Assembly: GCF_006345805.1 (NCBI RefSeq)
Contig: NC_042998.1
Location: 88,970,001 to 89,034,000 of the forward strand
Origin: Octopus sinensis
Taxonomy: Eukaryota
Length of the DNA stretch: 64,000 nucleotides
Reading direction: 5' to 3'
In this document: positions 38,301 to 50,152 of the stretch, piece after piece
How positions within the stretch are numbered: the stretch's first letter is position 1
How the letters are laid out: each line of letters starts with the position of its first letter
Made by a program: the position numbers and the translations under genes
Notes under the pieces: generated by a model
The model's database searches: none
What the model was told of the DNA's origin: nothing
The model's input: only the letters and a program-made list of their open reading frames with translations

Positions 38301-38696
38301 CTACCCGTGACCTGTTGGGTCACCGGGAAAACTCTGGAGTTTCACTGCAACGGAGTTTTGTTTCGTGTTTTTTTTTCTTTTTCAGGTTATTTTTCATGCT
38401 TTCAGCGAATGTGACAACGAAATCACGCGTAAACGGCTCCTTTCCCCACAAAGGAAATATTTGGCTGCTATTTCTTGTACGATCTGCTACCATGTAACAG
38501 GTATTTCGGGCCCTTTATCGCAAATGCTGTTACGTGGTAACAGGGCGTGCCAGAAATAGCAGCCATATCGTTGGAAGTGAGATATGTTGAATGCACTCGA
38601 AAACAATAGCTATAGAAAAAACTATTTCACTCCGAGATTACGAACAGGTCTTTTACAAAATATTTAACAATTCAAAAGACATTTTCCCTTTAATAC

Positions 38697-40092
38697 TCCT
38701 AAATGCAAATCAGCATGGCTTTCGCTGTGGCAGGGACTGTCTAACACAGCTCTTACACCACATTGAAGATGTACTCAAAGCCTTGGGAACAGGTTCGAAC
38801 TCTGACGTCATATATCTTGACTTCAGTAAAGCGTTCGACAGGGTAGATCATAATATCCTACTCTCAAAATTGGCAAATGTTGGAATCCGTGGAAAAGTTC
38901 TACACTGGATTAAGTATTTCCTGGCGAATAGAACACAACATGTTGTAGTTGATGGAGTCCACTCAAGCCCAGCAAAAGTCACCAGCGGTGTTCCCCAGAG
39001 GACTGTTTTGGGTCCGTTACTCTTCATAATTTACATAAACGACCTTTCCAGTGTCGTACATTACTGCAAAGTGAAAATATTTGCTGATGACACTAAGCTC
39101 CAGCAAATCGTCAATGAAGAAGCAGACCGAACTCAACTCCAGTCTGATCTATATGCTGTGAGTCAATGGGCAGACAGAAACAAAATGCAACTGAATGAGG
39201 GAAAATTTGAGCTGATGCATTTTGGAAGTAATTCCTCACTAAAACAACCATACTCTCTTCCTTCAGGGGAACCGCTCACAGCCTCTAACAATATCAGAAA
39301 CCTGGGTGTAATTGTTGATGACGATCTCAGTTGGAGTGCACACATCAACAAGAAGGTCGATATAGCTCGTAGGATGAGTTCCTGGATCTTAAGAACTTTC
39401 CGGTCCAGAGAACAAGGTGTCATCATACCACTTTTCTCCTCCTTTGTACGGCCACACCTTGAATACTGCTGCCCACTGTGGTCTCCCCATACAAGACAAA
39501 ACATCTCCAGAATTGAGTCACCCCAGAGGGCACTCACTAAACGAATTGAAGGCATGGCTGCTCTCGATTATTGGGATCGCCTTAAAGCCTTGAAACTTTA
39601 CTCCCTCCAGCGTCGCCGTGAGCGGTACATCATTTGTACGATGTGGAGAATATACCGCCAACTTTGCCCAAACGACCTTAACATTAGCTTCAAGGTTCAT
39701 CCAAGACTGGGACCACGGGCCATACGTCCCCTGCCCAAATCAAGATCACAACAAACATGTACACTGCAACATAATTTCTTTTCCTCAATAGGTCCTGCCC
39801 TATTTAACATTGTCCCGAGGGGGATCAAAGAGGAAGAGGATCCCATCAACTTTAAACGGAGTCTGGATAGATTCCTTCAAAGAATACCAGATAAGCCACC
39901 CATAATTGGATACAACTCACCCAACAAGAACTCACTACTTGAACAAAACTTGATACAACTCACCCAACAAGGACTCACTACTTGAACAAAACTTGACTTA
40001 AACAGGATTCGAATAATCCTATCAGGTGGTGCTATTAAGTTAGACATGGCCTGGACCAATCTTTGGTCGAAACATATCTAAGTTATCTAAGT

Positions 40093-40093
<1 letters not shown>
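38697..40093 (+). mobile_element. 5'-truncated CR1-clade LINE with uninterrupted RT frame and 3' end
   Basis: NQHGFRCGRDCLTQLL..YLDFSKAFDRVDH..SGVPQRTVLGPLLFIIYINDL..IFADDTKL..LGVIVDDDLSW..RPHLEYC..SLQRRRERY. The 3' end has TATCTAAGT repeats and then (TA)n. Confidence 0.92.
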
Positions 40094-40168
<75 letters not shown>

Positions 40169-40378
40169 GAAATAGAAAGATGAATAATCTTGTTGCAGAT
40201 TAATCAAAAGTTTAACCGATACCTTGGTAGCAAAAATCACAGCAGAAGACAGCACGGTTGGAGGTACAAGCATATGGTGTTGCAACCGTGCGTTGGTGCG
40301 GATAATTGAATTTTAATATTATTAGTAAATTGAAGAAATGGAGTTGAACGAAGATTGAACAGAAATCGTTTTATTGCA

Positions 40379-40458
40379 TTCTACACGTGTTTCGAAAGGC
40401 ACAATTTACCAAATTCCGAATGAATAATGAGACCATATTGTGTCTTTCTCTTCAGGAA
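40379..40458 (-). ncRNA. Type I hammerhead ribozyme motif (mirror of 40785-40864)
   Basis: Exact reverse complement of the + strand motif. TCTTCAG at 40449-40455 and TTTC at 40390-40393. Confidence 0.8.
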
Positions 40459-40784
40459 GAAATAGGAAATCCGTTGGAATAAACAAAAACAGAACAGAGG
40501 CGGAGCAAAACAAATCGAACGAGGCTCCTAAGAGCCCATGGCCAAACTGTTTATCAATGTATGTTGAAAACTGGTGGCGGGTGCGTTGAGGATTTTAACG
40601 GGTCAGGCAGCGGTCAGGCAGCGGAATGACCGCTGCCTGACCCGTTAAAATCCTCAACGCACCCACCACCAGTTTTCAACATACATTGATAAACAGTTTG
40701 GCCATGGGTTCTTAGGAGCCTCGTTCGATTTGTTTTGCTCCGCCTCTGTTCTGTTTTTGTTTATTCCAACGGATTTCCTATTTC

Positions 40785-40864
40785 TTCCTGAAGAGAAAGA
40801 CACAATATGGTCTCATTATTCATTCGGAATTTGGTAAATTGTGCCTTTCGAAACACGTGTAGAA
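40785..40864 (+). ncRNA. Type I hammerhead ribozyme motif with intact core
   Basis: TTC CTGAAGA GAAAG-A-CACAAT (31-nt loop) ATTGTG-C-CTTTC GAAA CACGTGT A GAA. Stem III is the palindrome ACACGTGT, the triplet is GUA, and cleavage is predicted after 40861. Confidence 0.8.
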
Positions 40865-40919
40865 TGCAATAAAACGATTTCTGTTCAATCTTCGTTCAAC
40901 TCCATTTCTTCAATTCACT

Positions 40920-40976
<57 letters not shown>

Positions 40977-41226
40977 CACACACACATATGAATGAAATCC
41001 TGTGACCTGTAGATCGTGGTTTCGCTTTCCGGACCGAGTGGCGCATTGTGTTCTTGAACAAAACATTTCACTTTGCTCCAGTCTACTGAGTTATAAATGG
41101 GTAACCTTGCGTCAGAATATCCTTCCAATCAGAGAATTTTGGCTTACACGTCTATCTAGCGGGCTGGTATCATTCGAAAGCGCCAACGGAGCAAAGCACA
41201 TTATAACCAGCAACATGCGATAGTCT

Positions 41227-41284
<58 letters not shown>

Positions 41285-42317
41285 AGATTGAGGATTCATT
41301 CTGTTGACGATCTTTTTTGTGCGTTTGTGTTGAGCAGGTATACATGACACATATTTAGACCAGTGACGTAGTAAATCAGGTACTTCAAATGCAGGAATAA
41401 GCTCTACTTCACAAATTGAATATTTACTGTTCTGTTTGTGTGTGGTGATGATAGTGGGTTGTAATATGTATGAGTATGGTCCGATAAACGTATAAAATTC
41501 GATTAGAAATTAGGTGGAGTTGTTTAGATATATTTTGAAACGTATTCTCTTCAACTTGTTTCTTTTGTGTTTAGAGAGTTTTTCAACCACGTCTCCTAAA
41601 ATCATATTGACCAAATTCCGAAAGAGATGTTTCTGAGAATTATAGTATCTTGTTTTGTTTGGTCAAATAGTACAGAGAAAAAAAACTGCTTTGTCTCAAG
41701 CTCTTTAACATATAAACACATAGAAGAACGTGCGTACGCAAACACAAAGAGGCATACACACACAAACACACACACATACGCACACAGACAGACAAACAAA
41801 CACGTGCGCGCACACACTCAATAACATTCGTCGTATATCTTTTGAGAATGTATCTGGGAAGAAAATGTATAAGTAATGAAGAAAAAAAAATTCTAAGGGA
41901 GATAATTCTTAGTTTTGTTAACAAAGTCATTTCCCTTTAAATTTAAGCTTTTTAAAATAAAATATTTAGCCTTCAAGTTAAGGTTAATATATGCCAAACA
42001 AATCTAAGTGTAGCTGAATGTTTATTTCTTTCTTCAGGTAATAGAATGTGAACTAGCGTGGCTACTCGTGCGACTGCATAGAAACTGCCTTGTTTAGGGC
42101 TACAATTAAGTTGTAAAGAGTGTTGTTATTAAAAAAAAAATATATATTTACAAAAGCATGAGAAATGTTTCTATATTGTGACAGTTACAGAAAGAAGTGT
42201 AAAACCGATAACTATATAATCCAACCAAAATATCTCAGTTACGTAAACGTTACTTAAATTATATTGCCCATATTCAAAGAACCTTCTTGGTTTAGTGGAA
42301 CGGAACATTCTTCTGGT

Positions 42318-42612
42318 ATTCTTTTATTCTTTTACTTGTTTCAGTCATTTGACGATGGCCATGTTGGAGCACCACTTTTTAGTTGAAGAAATCGACCCCT
42401 GTACTTATTCCCTGTAAACCTGGTGCTTATTCTATCAGTCTTTTCTGTCGAACAGCTAAGTTACGGGGGTGCAAACACACCAACATTGGTTGTAGAGCAA
42501 TGGTGGTGGAGGGAACATACACACACACACACATGACGGGCTTCTTTCAGTTTCCGTCTACCAAATTCACTCACGAGGCTTTGGCAGGCCCGAGGCTATA
42601 GTAGAAGACACT
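42318..42612 (-). mobile_element. Family B SINE, 5'-truncated
   Basis: Homology to 17078-17469. Confidence 0.8.
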
Positions 42613-43103
42613 CTTTAAAGTATAGAGTTGAATTTCGTGTTGTCAACAGTTGACAACTTTTCTCCCCCAAATTACCCATTTTCTGGGCTTTTTTTCACAG
42701 TTATACCCCGTTCGAGATTTGCATTAGTTTTTGTATGAAAAAAAAAAAAAATGATGAGAGGCGGGCTTGTCTGTAAGTCTGTAGAAAAAACGTTAAACGT
42801 GTCTGAAAAAGAAAACATGGTATTTCCCCACAACTAAAAAACATGAAGAACTATGAAAGAAGACGAATAAGAGAGAACTAACACTCGATCGTTCTAGAAC
42901 TCCCAGAACGAAAACTTAAACACCTGAAAGACTTTCCCTCTATTCATTACTTAATGTCTTTCCCTCTTCTTCATTTTTAAAAGTAAAGAAACTAGAAAAG
43001 ATCGATCGTATTTCGTATTTCAGTCTTAATTGTCATTGTAAATGACTGAGGCTTTCCTTTCTCTGTCTCTATCGCTTCACTCCTTTTCTCTATGGTTAAG
43101 AGA

Positions 43104-43392
43104 GTGAAGGTGCGTGGCTCAGTGGTTAGGTTATTCGGGCCACGATCGTGAGTCATGAGTACGATTCCCTGCGGCGCTTGTGTTCTTGAGCAAGGTACTC
43201 TACTACACTCAGCTGGCAAAAATGAGTTGTAGTTGTAATTCAAAAGGGCCAGCCTTGTCACATTCTGTGTGAGGCTGAATCTCCCAGGCATGTCTCTGGA
43301 GTACTCAGCCCACTTGCGCGTTAATTTTACGAGCAGACTGTTCCGTTGATCAGATAAACAGGAGCCTCGTTGTCGTAACCGACGAAGTGCCA
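43104..43392 (+). mobile_element. tRNA-derived SINE (family C) with CORE-like central motif
   Basis: GTGGCTCAGTGGTTAGG (A box), GAGTACGATTCC (B box-like), GTGTTCTTGAGCAAGGTACTC. Partial copy at 43715-43860 and related copies at about 41000-41200 and 62490-62710. Confidence 0.8.
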
Positions 43393-44269
43393 TTTTTTAA
43401 AAAGAGTGAAAGAAAAGGAAATGTTCCATATCGTAAGGCAAACATGTCATGAGTTTAGTATAAGCAGTGAAAGCTAAGACGAAATAATTGCTATTCCGTC
43501 GTGTATTCGCCCTCGACTCACGCTCAGTTTGATAACAGCCTGCGCATCGGTGTTTATCTGGGGTCTTGGCCTCGAGATCTGTGAAACCTACATATGCCGC
43601 TATTAGGACCGGATTAACACCCATAGTGACCCTAACGACTAAAAAGATTTTCTTGCCCCTGTATAGGATCTTTTCTTGCTTTCTTCCAGCCACTTGAAAG
43701 TTTATTTTGCTCCAGTCCACTCAGCTGGCCAAAATGAGTTGTAGCTTTAATTCAAAGGGGCCAGCCTTGTCATATTCTGTGTGAGGCTGAATCTCCCTGA
43801 GAACTACCTTAATGGTATGCATGTCTGTGGAGTACTCAGCCACTTGCGAGTTAATTTTATCCTCGTGTGGTAATGAAAAGTGAAAGTGACATCCAATAAA
43901 ATGCTATGGTTGTCTTTGATTTAACAATGTGTCTACGTATCGACTTTCTTTTGATCTATGTAACTACTGTCTCTCTCACTTTCTCTCTTTTTGTCTTACT
44001 TCCTCTGTATTCCTCCTCTCTCCCGCTTTTAATTTAACAATATGTGTATGATTCTATGTATCAACTTTTCTTGTGATGTGATAAACATTTAAAAACAAAC
44101 AAAAAAACGAACGCTGTCACCACTCACTTTTCTCTCTCTCTCTCTCTTTCTCTCTCACTTCCTCCTCTTTCCCACTCACTTCTTCCTTTGAGGTAAGTGT
44201 AACACACACCACAGGTACGGACGTGCAAAAACAGCAAGTTGGCGTATTAATATTATAGATTATAACAAT

Positions 44270-44492
44270 AATCCTTTCTACGATAGGCAAAAAGCCTGAA
44301 ATTTTGGGGTAGCGGGGGCCTGTCAACTGGATTGACCTCAGTACTCAGTACACAACTGGTACTTAATTTCTCGACCCCGAAAGGATAAAAGGCAAAGTCG
44401 ACCTCGGCGGAATTTGAACTCAGAACGTAGCGACGGATGAAATACCGCTAAGCATTTCGCCCGGCGTATTAACCATTGTGGCAGCTCGCGCT
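44270..44492 (-). mobile_element. Family A SINE, CpG-intact
   Basis: Reverse complement homology to 8033-8247, retaining CGCCGAGGTCGAC and ACGCCGGGCG. Confidence 0.85.
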
Positions 44493-44503
44493 GAATAATA
44501 ATG

Positions 44504-44539
<36 letters not shown>

Positions 44540-46164
44540 GAAAAATAATAATTATGAAAATGAAAACCTGTCGTTAGCTTGCATAGTTAAATTCGACTTC
44601 TCTCGAAGGTGTTTGTTGCTGTTAATACCCTCCGTATGTCTAAGAGTTCTAAGAGTTCCCCAAAATAAAGTTAGATCGAAAAAAAAAAAAAAAAGGATTA
44701 GGTTTTTCGTATCAAGTGAACTCAGAAAGCGAAATCGATTGAGACTTTAAGAACTGAAGAAAATCTCTGCTGACTATAAAAATGCTACGAATTCTTTGGG
44801 GAGATTATATGGTCGAGTAAATCTACTGGTGCTTATTTTACCTACAGCGGAAGGATGAAAAGGATATCTAACCTCGGTGGAATTAGAACTTGAGAGATAA
44901 AGAGACGCAATTAACTGTTGCAAGTCAAAGAATTTTCTGCTGACTACAACATTGATTTTTTTTAATAAGTGCCCATGACCCCATTTTGAGGAAAGAGGTA
45001 TAATCGATTCCAACAACCTTAGTGTATAGATGATACCTTATTTTGTTAAGGCCGGAAGGTTGAAAGGTAAAGTTGAAGTCGGTGGAATTTGAACTCAGCA
45101 TGTAAAAGGCGTAAAATATAAAAAAGACACATTGAAGTACTTCTCTCATGTTTGAGATGACGCTGCTGCTGTTGTAACAACACACACACATTGTGTTGCA
45201 GAGAAAGGTCATCCAGTGACTAGCAAAGGGCCTCGACGGGATTTGAACTCAGAACAGACTAAATAAACGACACATTAAAATATGTCTCACTCATTTCAAA
45301 TGGCTTCGCTGCTCCACATATACAAGTATCTCAGACCACATGCAGAGAAAAACCACTCAAGGATTGACAAAGATTCACACACCAACACGTGACAACTCTT
45401 ATGCTCACTCGTGTGCTATTTCTTCTTCGTACATATTTTTACCGCTACCACAACAGTCTCCGCTTCTTTGATCGAGCTTGGGGCATTCTCTATCCACCCA
45501 CGCCTATTTGGCACAAACATATCCCTTCCTCTTGTTTTGCCATCCTGCGTCTCATTTCATAGATCCTAATCTAAAATTCCCGTACAATATTCCTATTCTG
45601 CATAGAACTGTAAGCTTCTGTTATTCCTGCATTTTTTTTACCTTCTAGACAGAAATCAATTTACTGATGATTAAACCACTCTGAGAGAGCTTGCACAAGT
45701 GAAGTGTTGGACATTGTCCCTCCTCATATTAATGGCTAGTTAAAAGGTTATAGAAATATGAAAAATACTGGATAAATAGTTTTATTCTATGAACTTATGT
45801 GAAAGTAAAAATACAAAAATACGTTTTCACAAATATTTTTGTATTATAGTTTTACTGAAAATATATTGAAGTATGTTATCACAAGTTTGACACTCATAAC
45901 AAAAGTAAGGAGAGGATAAAAAAGATTACACGTTACTTCGAGTCTTTCGTATAGTGTATACATTTTTGCATGTGTTGTCAGAAGAAATATATTTTACTAG
46001 CGGGTTTTATGCTCTGGTGTTCAGCTTATCGAAGTTTAGTAAGGAGCATTTGCAGAATTAAATGAATTAATAGGCATATCGCTCATGACATTTCCGAAAC
46101 AAAAGACATTACTGTGTTTTTAAAAAGTTTTTTTTTATTTATTTGAATAATTTGACTGCGTACT

Positions 46165-46309
46165 TAATTTTATAAAGCCTGGTACTTATTCTATCGGTCG
46201 CTTTTGGCGAACCGCTACGTTACGCCGACGTAAACAGACCAGCACCTGTTGTAAAGCTGGGCTACGAACAAAGATACACACGCACACACAAACACACAAA
46301 CACACACAC

Positions 46310-46347
<38 letters not shown>

Positions 46348-46590
46348 TACATACATACATACATACATACATACATACATACATACATACATACATACAT
46401 ACATACATACATACATACATACATACATACATACATACATACATACATACATACAAATAAACGACAGGCTTCTGTCTACCAAATCCACTCACAAGGCTTT
46501 GGTCGGCCCGAGGCTATAGTAGAAGTCACTTGCCCAAGGTGCCATGTGGTTGAGAAACAAGCTTCTTACCACACAGCGCCGCTTGCGCCT
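46165..46590 (-). mobile_element. Family B SINE with expanded internal (CA)n/(CATA)n microsatellite
   Basis: SINE body on both sides of the 46275-46455 microsatellite. Confidence 0.8.
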
Positions 46591-46674
46591 ATATTGTGTT
46601 ATATTCTGTTTGCCTCTTGTGTATAGTAATAAGATTATATGTTTGTTAATATTTTCAGAAAATATTTCTACTTA

Positions 46675-46890
46675 TATCGGAGGTGGCAAGCTGGCAGAAT
46701 CGTTAGCACGCCGGCTAAAACGCTTAGCGGATTTCGTTCGCCTTACGTTATGAGTTCAAATTCCGCTGGTGTCGACTTTACTTTTCATACTTTTAAGTTC
46801 GATAAAATAAGCACGAGTCGAACACTGGGGTCAATGTAATTGACATAGACCTCCTTCGAAATTGCTGGCCTTGTACCAAAGTTTGAAACC
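46675..46890 (+). mobile_element. Family A SINE with 14-bp TSD
   Basis: Flanked by AATATTTCTACTTA at 46661-46674 and 46891-46904. Confidence 0.85.
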
Positions 46891-47119
46891 AATATTTCTA
46901 CTTAGATAAAATGAAGAGATTTCTTTTTTTAGAAGGAAGGATTTTTAGCTGAAATATTGGAAAAAATACCATAAATTAATGGATTTTGTTTTTATAAAAG
47001 AAGTTTCCTATTCTCAGAAACTGTCTTCCCAGATCCTTGGTGAGGTTATTTTTACTGCTCTTTATGTTGGTGACATTGTTCTTGTTATTATCAGACCATG
47101 ATGTAAGAAAATCTATCGT

Positions 47120-47177
<58 letters not shown>

Positions 47178-47316
47178 GCATATACACATATAAATATACA
47201 TATACATGCACACACGCACACGTTTATGAGTCTACATTTATACACTTGCATATATGCACACATACAAACATGTATATATCCTAATATCTATATACACATA
47301 TATTAAACAAGCCTAC

Positions 47317-47373
<57 letters not shown>

Positions 47374-47788
47374 TATGAAAGAGGTACAGATGTGTGTGTG
47401 TGTGAACTAGTTTGGATCACGTCGATCATGGTTAGTAATTCAGGAGCTTCCAGCATGTGATTCGATAGCGGTCTACACTGAAGGAACATTGATAAAGAGA
47501 TAATTTAATTAATGAACTAATAACATTCCCGTTTCATCATGTCATAAAATTAGGAACGAAAATTTAGATATAATAGATATTCCACAATTCCAACCTCAGT
47601 AGTAACATAAGTCACATATGGTATGCGGCAAATACATATGATAAAAGAACGGACGATAGTACAATCCGTGCTACACATGTTTCAATAATATGGCATTTTA
47701 TTCATTACCCGTGCATTGCATCATGCAAAACACCCGCCACACCATCGAGCACTCAATTGCTATGATGACTATTATCATTCATTCTTTT

Positions 47789-47852
<64 letters not shown>

Positions 47853-48125
47853 GCTGTTAAGAAACAAAACTTTAGATTTATTAAGTATACAGTAAGTAGC
47901 TATGTTTGGGCTTTTCTAAAAGCCACAAGTGACGTAAATGTATAGAAATAGTAATGAAATCAGTAATCTTTTTTTTAATGACTGATTCTGGCTTTAAAAA
48001 AAAGGCAATCCAAAAATTGGCAGTGAGTCAATTCAGCGCTGAACATGTTTCGGTCTTATCTGATCTTTAGTGAAGCATAGTCTAAATATTATGGCAAAAC
48101 CTTAGAACAAATAGGGGAAGTCCAG

Positions 48126-48169
<44 letters not shown>

Positions 48170-48654
48170 GAACATAATTAACATACAAAGGTGGCTGTAG
48201 TAAATACAAAGGGACACCAGCAGCATGAAAATTTAATACAAAGTAGGCCAAAGCTTAGTAAGCCAAAAGATTTTATTTAATTACAATTACATATTTAATA
48301 ATGTAAACTTTTAGTAATTGCTAGGTTTAATAAAGCTGAACTATGCACCGAGTATACCGTACTGATCAGAATAACTGCGCCACTACATTTCAAATTTAAT
48401 TTATTTCAACTGATTAGTATCATTTTGAAGTTATCTCCCTTACTTTTTGGGACTACATTTAGTCATTTGGTTCACTAAGGGTGTAAATTTTAGTTATTTA
48501 AAATCACATGGTTTATTACATTAAGCAATGTTAGTATTAAGATTCCATGCAAAAAGTGTCTTTATGTATAGTTTTCCTGTCATTCTACTAATTCTGAACC
48601 TCATAAGTAAATACTTGGTAAAAAAATAATACTAATCTGTAACTTACCCTGACA

Positions 48655-48918
48655 TCTGGTTCCATCATTAGCTTAAACCGGTTTCCATGGTATATTTGTG
48701 ACTGAAATTACAACACTGTCTCTTGAAAAGGATGCCGGTCCATCGTAGGGTCTACTTCCGAGCTATTGCTGGCATTCATTTACAATTGAGTGGACTGGTG
48801 TAACGTGAAATGAAGTCTTTTTATCAAGAACAAAATTCACCGCCCGGTCTGAGAATCCAAACTGTTATCTTACGATCACGAGTGTAACACACTAACTCCT
48901 AGGCTATTCGCCTTCACG
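48655..48918 (-). mobile_element. Degenerate family C-related SINE
   Basis: Minus head GTGAAGGCGAATAGCCTAGGAGTTAG and central TTCACGTTACACCAGTCCACTCA. Confidence 0.6.
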
Positions 48919-49210
48919 TTCAGTCGTTAGTTAAAAGGAAAATGCTTACAAGTAAAGGAAATTATCGTTATGAGAACATGAATCAAAAAGAATCTGTGAG
49001 TGTGTTTGGTATTTCTTTAAGATGAGTGAGATTGCTTGACGATTTCGTCTTCTTGTAGTGCTTCTAAATCAGCCAGAATATTACTGTTCAAGTTATATCC
49101 ATGCAAGCATTTTAACTCGATGTTGTTGAGACATAGCAATGATACAGTCTCGTTGTTGATTCTAAGTGTATTGTACACGGTACTTATATGTACATGATAT
49201 TATATATGAT

Positions 49211-49424
49211 ACTTTAATGTGGCGAGCTGGCAGAATCGTTAGCACGCTGGACGAAGTGCTTAGCGGTATTTCGCTACGCTTCGAGTTCAAATTGCACCGG
49301 GGTTGACTTTGCCTTTCATCTTTTCGGAGTCGATAACATATAAGTGCCAGTTGAGCACTGGGGTCAATGTAATCGACTAGCACCCGTCCCTAAAATTTTC
49401 GGCCTTGTGCCTAGAGTAGAAAAG
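49211..49424 (+). mobile_element. Family A SINE with imperfect 15-bp TSD
   Basis: GATATTATATATGAT (49196-49210) and GATATTACACATGAT (49425-49439). Confidence 0.8.
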
Positions 49425-49682
49425 GATATTACACATGATGTTTATTTACGTTAAGTAACGGGAATCGGTAATGTTATGTGGTATAAAAATATGACGATTA
49501 AGAGCAGGCATGGACAACCTTTATCAAGACGTAGGTCAAATGAGACGTTATCATATTCAGGCGGGCTGCATGAGGCGTGACTCATCATCAGGTGGGCCGC
49601 ATCAAGTGAGTCGGACTCCTAAAAAAAATTAAGGTAATTTTTCCTTAGGTGTACCACTGAGAAAGTGAGGTGACAAACACAT

Positions 49683-49715
<33 letters not shown>

Positions 49716-49943
49716 ACGAGCTTCTTTCACTTTCCGTCTACCAAATCCACTCACAAGGCTTTGGTCTGCCCTAGGCTATAGTAGAAGACACTTGATCAAG
49801 AAGCCACGCAGTAGGACTGAACTCGGAACCATGTGGTTGGGAAGCAAGCTTCTTACACACAGCTACTCTTGCGCCACAGTTTAATTTTTGTATAGTTTTT
49901 ATAGTTTAAATTTCTGTATTTTATTTTATAAGAAATGGCTATA

Positions 49944-50152
49944 CGAAGGGGTGCTGAAAAGTTCCTAGCTTTAAGGGTATCGCGAAAGACCTGGTTAGAG
50001 GCCCAGCCTGCCAAGTTCTTTTACAGGAAGACTGAAGGACTGTTGCAATAAGTGTGTGAATCTGAGAGGGGAATATGATCAACAAATCATAATTTATTGA
50101 TCCTCCTGTATTTTCTTTCACCCAAAGCCAAGAACTTTTCAACACACCCTCG
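49944..50152 (+). mobile_element. Mariner-derived MITE with TA TSD
   Basis: TA-CGAAGGGGTGCTGAAAAGTTCCTAGCTTT ... AAAGCCAAGAACTTTTCAACACACCCTCG-TA. The interior encodes a transposase C-terminal remnant (KCVNLRGEY). Confidence 0.85.

Larger units (their letters stand above)
40316..40927. repeat. Near-perfect palindrome (301-bp arms, 10-bp spacer), PLE pseudo-LTR-like
   Basis: Arms 40316-40616 and 40627-40927 differ at 3 positions by eye. Spacer GGCAGCGGAA. Confidence 0.95.

Noticed and set aside
38591-38696. N-terminal part of the 464-aa ORF
   Set aside because: It lies upstream of the first CR1 motif (NQHGFR) and is probably flanking sequence that happens to be in frame.
44100-44200. GAG|GTAAGT donor after a CT-rich tract as a possible first exon (similar hints at 53461 and 53630)
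   Set aside because: No coding frame or partner exon could be supported.
47670-47726. Minus-strand GAAACATGTGTA with upstream ATGATGC as a hammerhead
   Set aside because: The core has two mismatches and the stems are minimal; at best a fossil.
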